IMG/VR virus record: IMGVR_UViG_3300005253_000051
Location: 17,506-81,505 of that record
Reading direction: 5' to 3' (one strand)
DNA length: 64,000 nucleotides
Origin: a virus
Below, piece after piece: positions 40,212 through 50,471 of the stretch. Each line of letters begins with the position of its first letter. Positions within the stretch are counted from its first letter, which is position 1. A program made the position numbers and the translations under genes. Below the pieces are notes generated by a model. The model saw only the letters and a list, made by a program, of their open reading frames with translations, was not told where the DNA came from and ran no database searches.

Positions 40212-41876
40212 TCAGAAAACGGCCCGCACGATCTCGGACGCCAACGGGATCAACGCCGACAACGCATCCTGAGCGCCGAGTGATTTGGATCGCACGACCA
40301 TGACCGAAGGAAGACGCCCGGCGTCGCTCTGCGCTTTGATCGAGATGACCACAGCTGCTTTTTCTTGGGCATATGGCAAGAGGCGATAGTCCGGCAGACT
40401 GGCCTCTTCGGCGATCTTGTCGGCCACGCTCGAAAACCAATCCTCGAACAGCGTGTATTCGGTGTTCCGTGTCGGCATGCAATCGACGTACAGAATCAGG
40501 GCGGGTTCAGCAGTCTCCCCTGATTTCACGCACGCCTCAGCCATAAGGACCTGCATCTTTAATGCTGCAATCTCCTCTTTCGCTTCCGTAAGAGCTTTCC
40601 ACTCCTCGGGTGGATGATAATCCGGGTGTCCCGGTCGATCCCGAGGAGATGGAACTCCACCCTGAACAGACACCCTGGCCATCGCCCTGGTCATAGCTTG
40701 CTCTTCGGTAAGATCGTGCCAGGCTGTCACCGGTACTTCAAGACCCTCTGCGACGGCTAGCGCCCGTGCCTCTCCCTCAGCCTTCCGCAGCTTCTCCCTG
40801 TCGCGCTCGATCTTGCGCAGCGCCTTTTCCGCCGCGGTCATCTTCTTGCGCCCAGGTTTGCCCTTGGTCGCTTCTTGAATCTGCACGGCTTCCTCGGGCG
40901 TCGTGGTACGTGGGGGTGCATCCGGGGCCAACACACCCGTGGGGACTGGCGTCGGCTCGGGCGCCGGTGGCGCAGGCACCGGGGCGACGGTCATAGGCGG
41001 TGGGCCCGGCAGAGCAGGCACCAAGGCGACGGCAGCAGTCGGCGGGACCGGAAGTGTGGGCGTCGGGGCCGGAAGCGTGGGCGCCGTGCCGACTCCGTTG
41101 CCGGCTCTCATCTCCGCTTGCTTCTTCCGTAGGTCGGTCAAAAACGACATGTTCACTTTTCCTTTGGTTCCGAGTTGCTTGAACGGTGACGGGACGATGA
41201 CTCCACAGCGCGCTCGATGAGGACACCCGCCGTACATGCTGCACGCTGTGATAGTGGGTTTGGTTTGCATGACCTCGGTGCATTTAGCCACTTCGATCAT
41301 TTTTTCGACGATGACAAGACGCTTGTTCCACTCCGCTCGGACGTGTTCACGATCGACGATCGTCTTGACGGGTTTGATGAGTGGCGTCTTGCGCCGCGTG
41401 TGAATGTACGTATGGCCTAATTCGATCTCGCCGACGTAGCCTTCCTGGTAACACCACTCGGCGTAGCTGATGAGTTGTGTGTTCTTCGAAAGCTCGTCCG
41501 GTGTCTTGGCATATCGAAAATCACTCGTGCTCTTGTAGTCGCGCACGCGCATCGGCGCGCTCTCGTATTCGATCAAATCAACGTAGCCGATCCACGGAAG
41601 ATCGCCAACTGTTGAAAGCTGAATTTTCAGCTCTACGAAACAATTGATATCCGGCGTCGGAAGGTACGGCTTGAGCGCTATGACGAATTTTTTGAACTCG
41701 TCGTCGCGGATCCAGCCGTAGAGCAAGTAGTGCTCGATAGCTCCGTGAATGTCGGACCCGAGCTGCATGGCTCGGCTCTTGGGCGAACGAAATCCTGCAA
41801 CCCGCTCGAACCACCAGAGCCTCTCACACCTCTCGAATGTTGTGACCTGTGATGCGCTAACATTTTTCAGCTTCAC
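40212..41876 (-). CDS. PD-(D/E)XK (RecB/Cas4-like) nuclease with a Pro-rich linker and C-terminal extension
   Basis: SASQVTTFERC, GSDIH, GYVD..RDYKS, QL..Y and CSMYGGCPHRARC. Confidence 0.85.
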   Translation of the reverse strand: MKLKNVSASQVTTFERCERLWWFERVAGFRSPKSRAMQLGSDIHGAIEHYLLYGWIRDDEFKKFVIALKPYLPTPDINCFVELKIQLSTVGDLPWIGYVDLIEYESAPMRVRDYKSTSDFRYAKTPDELSKNTQLISYAEWCYQEGYVGEIELGHTYIHTRRKTPLIKPVKTIVDREHVRAEWNKRLVIVEKMIEVAKCTEVMQTKPTITACSMYGGCPHRARCGVIVPSPFKQLGTKGKVNMSFLTDLRKKQAEMRAGNGVGTAPTLPAPTPTLPVPPTAAVALVPALPGPPPMTVAPVPAPPAPEPTPVPTGVLAPDAPPRTTTPEEAVQIQEATKGKPGRKKMTAAEKALRKIERDREKLRKAEGEARALAVAEGLEVPVTAWHDLTEEQAMTRAMARVSVQGGVPSPRDRPGHPDYHPPEEWKALTEAKEEIAALKMQVLMAEACVKSGETAEPALILYVDCMPTRNTEYTLFEDWFSSVADKIAEEASLPDYRLLPYAQEKAAVVISIKAQSDAGRLPSVMVVRSKSLGAQDALSALIPLASEIVRAVF

Positions 41877-44427
41877 CGCCGTAATTCACTTTCATTTGGT
41901 CCAGGTCACCAATTTGATACTCGGTAGCCCACCCAAAAACGTTGTCCGAATCGATCTTGTGAAAATTACACCGTTTTCCATCGACCTTTTTGTTGATCGT
42001 TCCGTTCGACAATTTTTTAAGAGCCGCTCCTATGTATTGAGCGCCGTTTTTGTGTACCGGAGTCTTCATGTAGAGATCCCAGCAGTCAATCGCTCCCTGC
42101 GTGTTAACGAGTAGTTTGCCTGCACCCACCTGAGCCAGCGGGGTTTCTTTCTTGGTGCGGTAGACCTTGGTCAATATCTCCGGTGCGCTCATGAAACGCA
42201 CAAGCCACTCGAACACGTCTTGGTGCGGACCCTGCATCAATAGCCGACGGTGGATCTCAGAGCTTTCCCCCTCGACGATGAATCGCTTGCCGGGGGTGAC
42301 AACGCGATTGTCCCGCAGCCACAGCAGGTGTCTCGCCATGAGATCGCCCACTACCCATCGATCGGTGAGACAGTTTGCCGGGTTGTTCTCGACGAGCCAA
42401 TCTGCCGCGGCTTCGGTTGCGCTCAGGTGAAGGAATCGACGCGACACCGCCTTCATGTCTTCTTGCGTCATATTTTCGCTGCCCATCGATAGCACCGAAT
42501 CATTGTTCGCGCCGATGAGCAGCCGCACGCTGCCACGCACACGGTGATTCGCGAGGTACTTCTCGGTGCTGGTGAAGCTCGTGGCGCCGATGAGCGCACG
42601 TAGTTTGATAGAAATATCCTTGACGCCCTTCGGCAACCCTTCATCGACGTAGATCAGGGGGCACTGAAAGATGTCGGCGTTGAAACCCGATCCTCCGATC
42701 ACGTTTTCGATCAGCGTTGGGCCCCCGTCTTGCCACAGACGGGCGACCCCTTCGGATAAGAGATTTTTCCCTGAACCGGTGGCGCCCGACAAATAGAGCG
42801 CGCAGCACGGCTTGTCGAGAAAGGTCACAACCGCGAGCCAATCGAGAAGTTTTTCGTGGTCGCTAGACAGAAGTAAAAGCCACGTAGCGATGTTGGTATC
42901 GAACCGAGGAGTAAGATTCCGCAAAGGCAAAACGGCGTGATAGAACTCGCGCTCGTCTGTGCTGAAGTAGCTTTCCTGTAGCGTCATATCACCGATGATC
43001 TTCCTGGCGTTGGTGGCGTACTCCTGAAGTATGCGGCCGATGGTTTTCTGCTTCTCAACGTCCTTGTCGTTGATATACGTGAGATCGAAAATTGCCGTCG
43101 TCTCCCATGCATCCCGTGCATAGACGAGCACTTCGTCGCGCGTGAGTGGGTGGCTGTAGCGCTGAGGCTCGTTGAAGTCGAAGACGTGGAAAGTCGTTTT
43201 GTGCTGGATGATCGCATGCTGGCGAACGAACGCGGACTCGTGTTGATCGTCGCTGGGCTCGTTGGGCTCATCTGGTTCATCTGGTCCGATTGATTTGCGC
43301 AGCGCTCTTGCTAGCGCTTGGAGCTGCGGCGATTGCTTCGCGTCTTTGACGCGAAAATCTTCCTGAGCGCGCGCCAGTTTTTCCGCTGCTTTTTCTAACT
43401 CCTCGTCGAGCGTCTTCTCTGCGCCGGGTTCTGCGGCCCAGATCGAAAGCGATGCCTCCAGCACGCGGGCGAGCACGACAGGATCCATCGTGCGCGCGGT
43501 CGGGCTTATCCAGACGATTGTGGAGCAAACCGCCTGCATTACCGCATCGCGATTACCGGAGTCGGCGAAACTCTGTCCCATGAGCACCGCGTTGATCGCC
43601 GCTTTGTTGCGATGCTGTGGATCGAGCACGCGCATTGCGTTGACGACCGGCAGCAAGACGACATCGACCGGTACTGGTCCGGGCGCGGGCGCAGACGGCG
43701 CGGCTGGCGGCGGCACAGGAACAGCGACAGATATCCTGGAGATCCCAGCTGCGATCTCGCTGGGGTCATAACGCACTGCATTATTGAGGTACTCCAGACG
43801 GACAAGAGCGCGGGCGCCGCCTTTGAGATTGTCAAAGCCGGGCACGCGCCATACGCGCTGGATGGTGGCCGTCGAATCTACTTGCCAGCCCTTGGCTGCC
43901 CCCCTGTCGATGAGGGTCTGCTGAAAGCTCTGATAAGCTCTCTGGGCCTGCTTACGATCGGCCGGCGTCCGAAGAATCCAGGGCTTGTGGAACAGCCAGT
44001 AGGGGTGCCAGCCGTACCCGGTGAACACCAACATGCTGGGGTCGGGCCCGCCGTAAAGCAGGTCGAGCGCGGCGTCGTCGGTTGGTGGAAGATTCTGTGC
44101 TGCGTGGGCGCCTGGGATCTCAGGGTGAGCGACGTCGAGATCTCCTGCGAAACCCGGAAGGGCGATGACATCCTGTTTCCCGCCCTGTTGTCGATGACTC
44201 AAACCATCGCAGCGAAGTCCAAGACCAAAGTAGACGTTCTTGGTTTGATTCTCAGCAGTTAACTCGGCTATGTCGTCGTCGGTAGCAACGACCAGATCGA
44301 CTAGCGGCACATGGAGTGATTCCCGGGTTGGATTCAGCCAAATTGTAATATTTCCACATGATGGGCTCCCTGTGGGCCACAGCGCCGAGAAAAACTCTCG
44401 CATCCGCTCCCCCGCATAGCTCGACAA
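41857..44427 (-). CDS. Primase fused to an SF3/D5-like helicase
   Basis: N-terminal GDLD, TGYGWHPYW and RVWRVPG primase motifs; C-terminal GATGSGKN, YVDE and IGANN. Confidence 0.88.
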   Translation of the reverse strand: MSSYAGERMREFFSALWPTGSPSCGNITIWLNPTRESLHVPLVDLVVATDDDIAELTAENQTKNVYFGLGLRCDGLSHRQQGGKQDVIALPGFAGDLDVAHPEIPGAHAAQNLPPTDDAALDLLYGGPDPSMLVFTGYGWHPYWLFHKPWILRTPADRKQAQRAYQSFQQTLIDRGAAKGWQVDSTATIQRVWRVPGFDNLKGGARALVRLEYLNNAVRYDPSEIAAGISRISVAVPVPPPAAPSAPAPGPVPVDVVLLPVVNAMRVLDPQHRNKAAINAVLMGQSFADSGNRDAVMQAVCSTIVWISPTARTMDPVVLARVLEASLSIWAAEPGAEKTLDEELEKAAEKLARAQEDFRVKDAKQSPQLQALARALRKSIGPDEPDEPNEPSDDQHESAFVRQHAIIQHKTTFHVFDFNEPQRYSHPLTRDEVLVYARDAWETTAIFDLTYINDKDVEKQKTIGRILQEYATNARKIIGDMTLQESYFSTDEREFYHAVLPLRNLTPRFDTNIATWLLLLSSDHEKLLDWLAVVTFLDKPCCALYLSGATGSGKNLLSEGVARLWQDGGPTLIENVIGGSGFNADIFQCPLIYVDEGLPKGVKDISIKLRALIGATSFTSTEKYLANHRVRGSVRLLIGANNDSVLSMGSENMTQEDMKAVSRRFLHLSATEAAADWLVENNPANCLTDRWVVGDLMARHLLWLRDNRVVTPGKRFIVEGESSEIHRRLLMQGPHQDVFEWLVRFMSAPEILTKVYRTKKETPLAQVGAGKLLVNTQGAIDCWDLYMKTPVHKNGAQYIGAALKKLSNGTINKKVDGKRCNFHKIDSDNVFGWATEYQIGDLDQMKVNYGGEAEKC

Positions 44428-44451
44428 CTACCAACGCTGCCGAGACTAGAT

Positions 44452-44480
44452 TTTGTACGCCTCCTGCGAAGCGGAGTCAA
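44452..44480 (-). promoter_or_regulatory. Sigma70-like promoter for the replication operon
   Basis: Minus strand TTGACT-N17-TACAAA upstream of the primase-helicase. Confidence 0.55.
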
Positions 44481-44509
44481 GAGGCTAATCCCGGAAGGGT
44501 GTGTCATTT

Positions 44510-45060
44510 ATGACACTACGAGGGGTACGAGGGGTTTTCGGAAAACTATTTTATTTGGTTCTGGCTCCCTCTTCAGCTCTTCTATTTCTCTTCTCTATTA
44601 TTCTATTTATTTTCTATTATATCTCTATCTCTATATTATTTATTACACTTTTACCAAAACCCCTAGTACCCCTCGTAGTACAGTATAATAAGGCAAAATC
44701 ATAGGCTTTTTCACTACGAGGGCTACCCTCGTAGACCCCTCGTGAGCCCTCGTAAAAGCCCTCGTAGTGCCCGCTTGTGCGCCCACGGGATTTCGAATAA
44801 ATAAAAAACGCTCACTTTTTTACATCGATGTAAAAAAGTGAGCGTTTTTTAGATCTAGCACCATAGTTACAAAATCAGTGCTTTCGGGGGGCTATAGTTA
44901 CAAAATGAGGTTACTACGAGGGGTCTACGAGGGGTCTACGAGGGCTACCCCTCGTAGTGAAATACTCGATCTGAGGGCACAAAAATGGCCCCCATGCTCA
45001 GTAGCCTGGGGGCCGGTGGTCCCATGCTGGTTGGCCAGGGAGCCGGGGGCCATTGCCTCC
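44510..45060. repeat. Putative origin or genome-end region: CTACGAGGG iterons in both orientations, an AT/pyrimidine-rich tract and a central palindrome
   Basis: About a dozen (C/G)TACGAGGG or CCCTCGTA units; a TCTAT-rich tract at about 44570-44650; ATAGTTACAAAAT twice. Confidence 0.8.
44802..44851. repeat. Perfect 50-bp palindrome
   Basis: TAAAAAACGCTCACTTTTTTACATC/GATGTAAAAAAGTGAGCGTTTTTTA, with no loop. Confidence 0.97.
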
Positions 45061-45355
45061 GCTCATCGCGGTTTCGGGGGACACGCAAGATCGGAAAGCG
45101 TCTCTACTATATGAAGATCGCTACCAGAGTCAAGTGCTACATAGGAACTTCAGTTCTGAGTGGGCGGCAGTGACACTGATTCGGCCTTCTCTGGCGCCTT
45201 CGACGGCTTCCCACACGTGCTGGATGGTGTCCAGGATGCGCGCGGCATCTTCTACGTTCTCGTTTTTCACTAGATCACCAATGATTTTCCAGGCTTCGTT
45301 CTTCAGAACTGCTCCTGTAGAGATCTTGGGCGGAATCGTATAGAGTCTTGGCATC

Positions 45356-45805
45356 ATGGCAATCTCCTTCACATTGCTTTCAGCGAACAAGTACCAACTC
45401 GTTTATCGAGCTTCTCAAGATGGCGCAGCAGGGGCCGAACAGCTCATCACCAATCGAGATGCAACTGGTCTCGCAGGTGCCGATCTTCGTCTTGATTCCA
45501 GAGGTGCTGTAGGCGGATTTGGTGTGGGTGGTGCCATATTCGAGATGGTTTCAACGCCGACGGTTGATGATGCAGCCGCTAAAGCTCTCCTGATCTCAGG
45601 GATAGGGAGAGTCCTTATCACGATCGAACAACGCTCTGCACCGGCTAACGTGGCAGATCGGCAGGTATGGGCCGCTAACATCTTGGAAGGGGGCGGCGAT
45701 CCTGCTTCAGCAGGGTTCGCTGTGATAGCGATTGCCGGCCCCGATGTTGGACCAGCTTCTGCTATCGTTCGTGTTCAACGACAGCACAGTTACGTAAATG
45801 AGTAG
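45356..45805 (+). CDS. Hypothetical protein, possibly structural
   Basis: 149-aa Ala/Gly-rich ORF. Confidence 0.55.
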   Translation: MAISFTLLSANKYQLVYRASQDGAAGAEQLITNRDATGLAGADLRLDSRGAVGGFGVGGAIFEMVSTPTVDDAAAKALLISGIGRVLITIEQRSAPANVADRQVWAANILEGGGDPASAGFAVIAIAGPDVGPASAIVRVQRQHSYVNE

Positions 45806-46079
45806 TTAGCTGTCTTTAGGGGCAACCGTAAACAACTCTTTGGCGTCGGCGACGCGCTCTTGTCGGAAGGCGTCGATGTCGGCCGCATGCCGGGCTTGGG
45901 AACAGAACGCGCCAGCCATTTCCAGGATGCGGGGGTCGTCGGTGACTTCCTTCAGGTGACGCCCTAGCGCGTCAAGTTGCGCGTGGGGCCAACCACGAAC
46001 GGACTCGGGGTTGAGGTTGGACACAGCGAATTGGATGACCGGTAGCGCGGCATACAGCGCGGCTCGCAGGTCGGCTTCG

Positions 46080-46394
46080 TCATCCTGGATCTCCGGGGGG
46101 CATTTCTTCAATGCCAGGTTCTCCGCTACCAGCTCGTCGATCCTCTTCTTCATCGTCTGGAATGTCTGGTAGGGGACTGTCATCAAGATTCCCGAGTAGT
46201 TCACGTTCACATCCGACATTTTCCTCTTCTTCCCTTCTTTTGTGCTTTTGAGGGGGCAACTTTACCCCTAGTTCCTGGGCTTTTTTGTAGAACCACCCTC
46301 GTTCTTTGCCCAAATACTCCGCCGCATCTGAGGCACTTCCGGTAAATTCGAGTGCGTGGCGCAAGATGATGCGGTCGCTTTCATCACGCATCAT
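46080..46394 (-). CDS. Second Fis-family HTH protein
   Basis: ILRHALEFTGSASDAAEYLGKERGWFYKKAQELG. Confidence 0.7.
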   Translation of the reverse strand: MMRDESDRIILRHALEFTGSASDAAEYLGKERGWFYKKAQELGVKLPPQKHKRREEEENVGCERELLGNLDDSPLPDIPDDEEEDRRAGSGEPGIEEMPPGDPG

Positions 46395-46404
46395 CCTGTA
46401 ACGG

Positions 46405-46872
46405 TTAGACTTTTTCATCGTTACCCGTAGTAATGATTTCGCTAGTGACGGCGTCGTAGGCGGCAGAAGCAGAATCATAGGCGGAGATGGCGGCGGCATA
46501 AGCAGCGGTGATGGCATCAAGGTCATCCGCAGTGGTATCGGGGTCATCTTGAGTAGTTTCCGTCTCCATGAGGTTGGACCATCCGAGCACTTGGAGGTAA
46601 GCCACAATAGGGGTAAAGACCATCCCGAGCGCGCCAGCGACGACAATCGCGAGTGGATGGTCGCCTGCGAAGCCCAGAAGGGGGAGATCGTAGTGCCGGC
46701 CAAGCACTACCGCGGCGCCAGCACAGTAGAACGTCCCCGAGCACGCTGCACACAGCGTCCAATACTCCAACCACGCCGGGAAACGGCTCCAGAGCCATTG
46801 TGTTATTTTGGCGCGCGCGAGCAGATAGTATAGGGCCGTAGAAATTGTAATATAGAGTACTACTGTGTTCAT
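46405..46872 (-). CDS. Membrane protein
   Basis: Three hydrophobic segments and a CAAC motif. Confidence 0.6.
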   Translation of the reverse strand: MNTVVLYITISTALYYLLARAKITQWLWSRFPAWLEYWTLCAACSGTFYCAGAAVVLGRHYDLPLLGFAGDHPLAIVVAGALGMVFTPIVAYLQVLGWSNLMETETTQDDPDTTADDLDAITAAYAAAISAYDSASAAYDAVTSEIITTGNDEKV

Positions 46873-47441
46873 TTGGTACCGTTTCCTCGTGGTTTTGGGT
46901 TAAGTGCGGCGCCTTGGGTTTGCTCGTGGTCGTCGGAGCCAAACACAGAGGCGCGAGTGTCGGCCGAGGTGATGTCGCCTTTGTCGGCGCCGTCTGGGGC
47001 GTATCTTTGTTCCCAAGATGCACAAAGTGCACGATATTCTACGAAATCTCCGGCCATTTTGTTTTTGGCGCACAGACCCATGGTGCCTTGTTGGAGCCGG
47101 ATCATCCCCTCGTCTTGACTTTCGATGAGTTTGAGCGCGCGCTTGGCGTCGAAACTGCGGCCAATTAGCGAGATTCCCTCTTTTTCTAGGTTCAGTCTCG
47201 CTTTGTACTCCAGTTCGCGACTCCTCTTTACGTAGTAAACTTGTTGTGCTTTCGGGCCGTTATCGAAATGGATGCAATTCTGGCAGCGTTTTGAACGCTC
47301 GATTGTCGGCGCCGAGATGAATAGGTCGGGCTTGTCGCTGGCATTCATGGGTCCTATCATAGACATTCTACGGAATCCGACAAGTGGTGGTTGACGGATT
47401 GGTAACAAGCGCTTAGTTTCGAAGGGTATGGCAGCCGTCAA
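46869..47441 (-). CDS. Hypothetical Cys-containing protein
   Basis: CQNCIHF...GLC...CASW. Confidence 0.55.
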   Translation of the reverse strand: MTAAIPFETKRLLPIRQPPLVGFRRMSMIGPMNASDKPDLFISAPTIERSKRCQNCIHFDNGPKAQQVYYVKRSRELEYKARLNLEKEGISLIGRSFDAKRALKLIESQDEGMIRLQQGTMGLCAKNKMAGDFVEYRALCASWEQRYAPDGADKGDITSADTRASVFGSDDHEQTQGAALNPKPRGNGTK

Positions 47442-49269
47442 AAAACAAGTCGGGTTTGATCTCGCTAAGTTGGCAAAGCTCCCTGGGCCTTTCCGGCTGT
47501 ATCTAACGCGACAACTTCCCGGTGGTCAAAAAGAACCGATCCCTCTGCCGCAGACTGAGTGGTCGAACCAAGAGGTAATCGACTTCGAGAACACCGTTGT
47601 CACTCGTATTTCAGGCGGCGGCAATTACGCGGCGCAGCTTACGACTCTCGACGGCGGCGACGGTTTTACTTGGGAGTTTGGTTACAGCGAAAAACTGTAT
47701 CCTTCGATGGTGCCCCCCGGACTCCAGTCCGCGTATGTGCCTCCACCTGTGACTGTCCAAGGAGCCCCAGTGGCTACACCTGCTCCGATCCCGTATGGCC
47801 TTCAGATTCAGAATCAGAATCAGCCACTCGCGCAGCCGCAGGCGCATTTCGCGACGCCGATTTCCCAACTCTCGGGTCCAGCATACATGTATCCCCCTGG
47901 GTACGGACAACCCATTCCACAGTACCCGTATCCGAGTCCCTATCAGCCACCGCGGCAGGCGGCGGACTCGAAAGAGGACGCGCTGAAAAAGGAACTGGAA
48001 CAGATCAGGCTTGCGAATCAGCAAGCGGAGCACCGACGCGAACGAGAGTCTGATGCAGCGCGTCATACCGCTCAAATGACTTCGTTGCGAGAGGAGATCC
48101 GCCGCGCTTCTGAAGCAGTGAAGCAACCGGCTGGCGAGTCGCCGGAGTTGGTCGCACTCAAGAGCCAGAACGCGATGCTTCAAAAGCAGATTGAAGCTCA
48201 GGCACAGGCCCAGCGCGATATGATGACCAAGATAGAGCGGCAACAAGCCGAGTCACGGGATCAGACGGCGCGAGATGTCGCGCAGCGGCAACACGAAGAG
48301 CGCATGCGCCAGATGGAGGAAAACAGCCGCCGTGAGATGCAGGGTCTCAAGGATCAGATGGCGCTGGTACAGGCCAATAATGGCAAACAAGATCCGATGC
48401 TCCCCTTTCTCATGGAATCGCAGAGGCAGGCTGCCGATGTAGCGCGCGAGCAGGCGCGCACCGCAGCCAGTGCGCCTCAGCAGCTCATGAGCATCGTCGA
48501 AGGTGTGCGGCGTAGCTCCGGTGCTGATCAGATCATGACGAACCTCGCGGGTGCTTACGACTCCGTGAACAACATGGTGATGCGCAACGCCGAGATGATG
48601 GGCAACTTCATGGCGCAGAGCCAAGGTTCACCCGTGATGGGGCTTATCGGCGATGCTTTGCATTCCGGCAAAGAAGTGCTAGCCCAGATGGTGACGGCGA
48701 AGTCGAAATCAGAAGAAGCACGGGCTCAGGCCGACGCCGCCCGCGATCAGCAGACTGCCGCGATTGAATACGCACGGGCTAACGCCGCCGCAGCGGCAGC
48801 GGCCCAGAGCAAGGGTAATGGCGTACCTGAAGAGGATCAGGTCATTCAGGCGACTGAGGCGCGACAGGAAGCAGAAGTCGAGGCGGAACAAGCCAATCAA
48901 GAGGTAGCGAATCTAGAGCCGAAGCTTTTCGGCTCTCTGCTCTGGCCCGAGATTGAAAAACTCCGGCAGTGGATTGCCAAGGAAGGGATCGAAAATGTTG
49001 ATCCCCGTGGCATCGTAGTCATGTTGATCCAGGCAGCTGGAAAGATGAAGGAGAATGGGCTCGACGCCCCCGTCCTCTACTTGTTTGAAAATCAGCAGTG
49101 GGCCGAACTGTTCGATCGTGTCATTCCTGATGTGACCGCTGAATTTGCCAGCGAGTGCGTCAAGATCATGTCTGAGATTAGCACTCGGCTTGCGACAGTG
49201 ACCAAGCCCGAAGAAATTGAGGAGATCCTTCGAGGACCCTCCAAAACCCCGGAACAGACAGCGAACTAG
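47428..49269 (+). CDS. Large Pro-rich and coiled-coil protein
   Basis: 613 aa with a Pro/Gln/Tyr region followed by long Gln/Glu/Arg heptads. Confidence 0.8.
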   Translation: MAAVKKQVGFDLAKLAKLPGPFRLYLTRQLPGGQKEPIPLPQTEWSNQEVIDFENTVVTRISGGGNYAAQLTTLDGGDGFTWEFGYSEKLYPSMVPPGLQSAYVPPPVTVQGAPVATPAPIPYGLQIQNQNQPLAQPQAHFATPISQLSGPAYMYPPGYGQPIPQYPYPSPYQPPRQAADSKEDALKKELEQIRLANQQAEHRRERESDAARHTAQMTSLREEIRRASEAVKQPAGESPELVALKSQNAMLQKQIEAQAQAQRDMMTKIERQQAESRDQTARDVAQRQHEERMRQMEENSRREMQGLKDQMALVQANNGKQDPMLPFLMESQRQAADVAREQARTAASAPQQLMSIVEGVRRSSGADQIMTNLAGAYDSVNNMVMRNAEMMGNFMAQSQGSPVMGLIGDALHSGKEVLAQMVTAKSKSEEARAQADAARDQQTAAIEYARANAAAAAAAQSKGNGVPEEDQVIQATEARQEAEVEAEQANQEVANLEPKLFGSLLWPEIEKLRQWIAKEGIENVDPRGIVVMLIQAAGKMKENGLDAPVLYLFENQQWAELFDRVIPDVTAEFASECVKIMSEISTRLATVTKPEEIEEILRGPSKTPEQTAN

Positions 49270-49587
49270 ATGAACTTTTTGCAGGTCATCTACTTCTATC
49301 AGACCGGGTGTCCCGCTTGTGAAGAGATACGCCCCTTGTTGGACAAGGCCGTGGCGCACTACGCGCAATGTGGCGTCGTGGTTCGCTACGTGGACGTGCA
49401 CCACGAAGGGCTTACTGCCGACACGATGCAGGTCCAGGAAACGCCCACGGTCATCGGCACACGCAACCATTCGCCGGTCACTCGCATGATCGGCGCCCAG
49501 AACGCAGATCAACGACTCGGACAGTTATTCACTGAACTACTCAGCGGCGGCTCGTGCGCGGTCCAGCCATGGCGGGGAGACGTGTAG
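49270..49587 (+). CDS. Thioredoxin-like protein
   Basis: FYQTGCPACEEIRP and the cis-Pro motif VQETPT. Confidence 0.85.
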   Translation: MNFLQVIYFYQTGCPACEEIRPLLDKAVAHYAQCGVVVRYVDVHHEGLTADTMQVQETPTVIGTRNHSPVTRMIGAQNADQRLGQLFTELLSGGSCAVQPWRGDV

Positions 49588-49949
49588 AAATGGTCAAGAA
49601 GGTAGAGATCAAAATCGAGCTTGATGGGGGATCGATCTCGATCGACTGCGAGAATCCCAAGGTTATTTTTTCTGCCTGGGATTCAGAATATTTGGGACGT
49701 ATTGTTTTCTCTTTGGTACAGGAGATACAAAGGCACAAAGAGAACGCCGAGGCAAAATCTCGGTCGGAGCGCCGATGAAACGCAAACGCAAACTCAAACT
49801 GTCTAGACTCACCGTTCGTCAACTCGATCGTGTTCGAGCCGGCGGCGGCAGCTTCATCACGCTGTGGTCTGTCATTTGTTCGGGGGGGCGTACTTGCTAC
49901 CGCTTCACCTGGTGTGGCCCTTGTTCTGATCCCGCTCTTGGGTGTTGAG

Positions 49950-50459
49950 CTACTTCCGTTTCCCGTAGCCCTGTGCGACCGCAATGACCGGGGTGATGAC
50001 GGGGAAGAAGCTGCCCAGCGCGAACCAGACGAGCGCCCAACCGACGCTATTGTTGCGCTTGTAACCGTGGTACGCGCTCACGGCGCCCGAAGCGGTGCTC
50101 AGGATTCCCCACGCCCAGGCGTACTTTTTGTAGTAGGGGTAGAGGCCGTTCGCTTTTCCTTTCGATAGCGCTAGGGCGTCTCCGACAACCCTAGCGTCAC
50201 CACCCGCGGCAATGATCACCGCTGCTAGTTTTTCTTGCGTAGGTCTGTCGTATTGACGAAATACCTCTGCTAACCCAGACATTTGGAGCGAAAACGTCGC
50301 CATCTGTTCGGCGAGTTGGACTGCCGTCGCCGTGATTTGTTCGTCCGACAAAACCGCGCCCAGAGTCGCCATCTCGCGAACCGACAGGGTGCCAAGAGAC
50401 GGCATGTCGCGAACGGACAAGGTACCGAGACCGGGACCGGATGTGTTCAGGGTCATCAT
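49950..50459 (-). CDS. Putative virion membrane protein
   Basis: N-terminal LGTLSVR(D/E)M repeats; C-terminal SAYHGYKRNNSVGWALVW transmembrane hairpin. Confidence 0.7.
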   Translation of the reverse strand: MMTLNTSGPGLGTLSVRDMPSLGTLSVREMATLGAVLSDEQITATAVQLAEQMATFSLQMSGLAEVFRQYDRPTQEKLAAVIIAAGGDARVVGDALALSKGKANGLYPYYKKYAWAWGILSTASGAVSAYHGYKRNNSVGWALVWFALGSFFPVITPVIAVAQGYGKRK

Positions 50460-50471
50460 GATCGATTTCTC

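Noticed and set aside
40212-41876. Cas4 as part of the CRISPR adaptation module
   Set aside because: It lies 29 kb away inside the replication operon, where such PD-(D/E)XK nucleases are common in phages; there is no cas1/cas2
44501-44704. Hydrophobic 67-aa ORF in the AT-rich tract
   Set aside because: It derives from low-complexity TCTAT repeats in the putative origin region and has no convincing RBS
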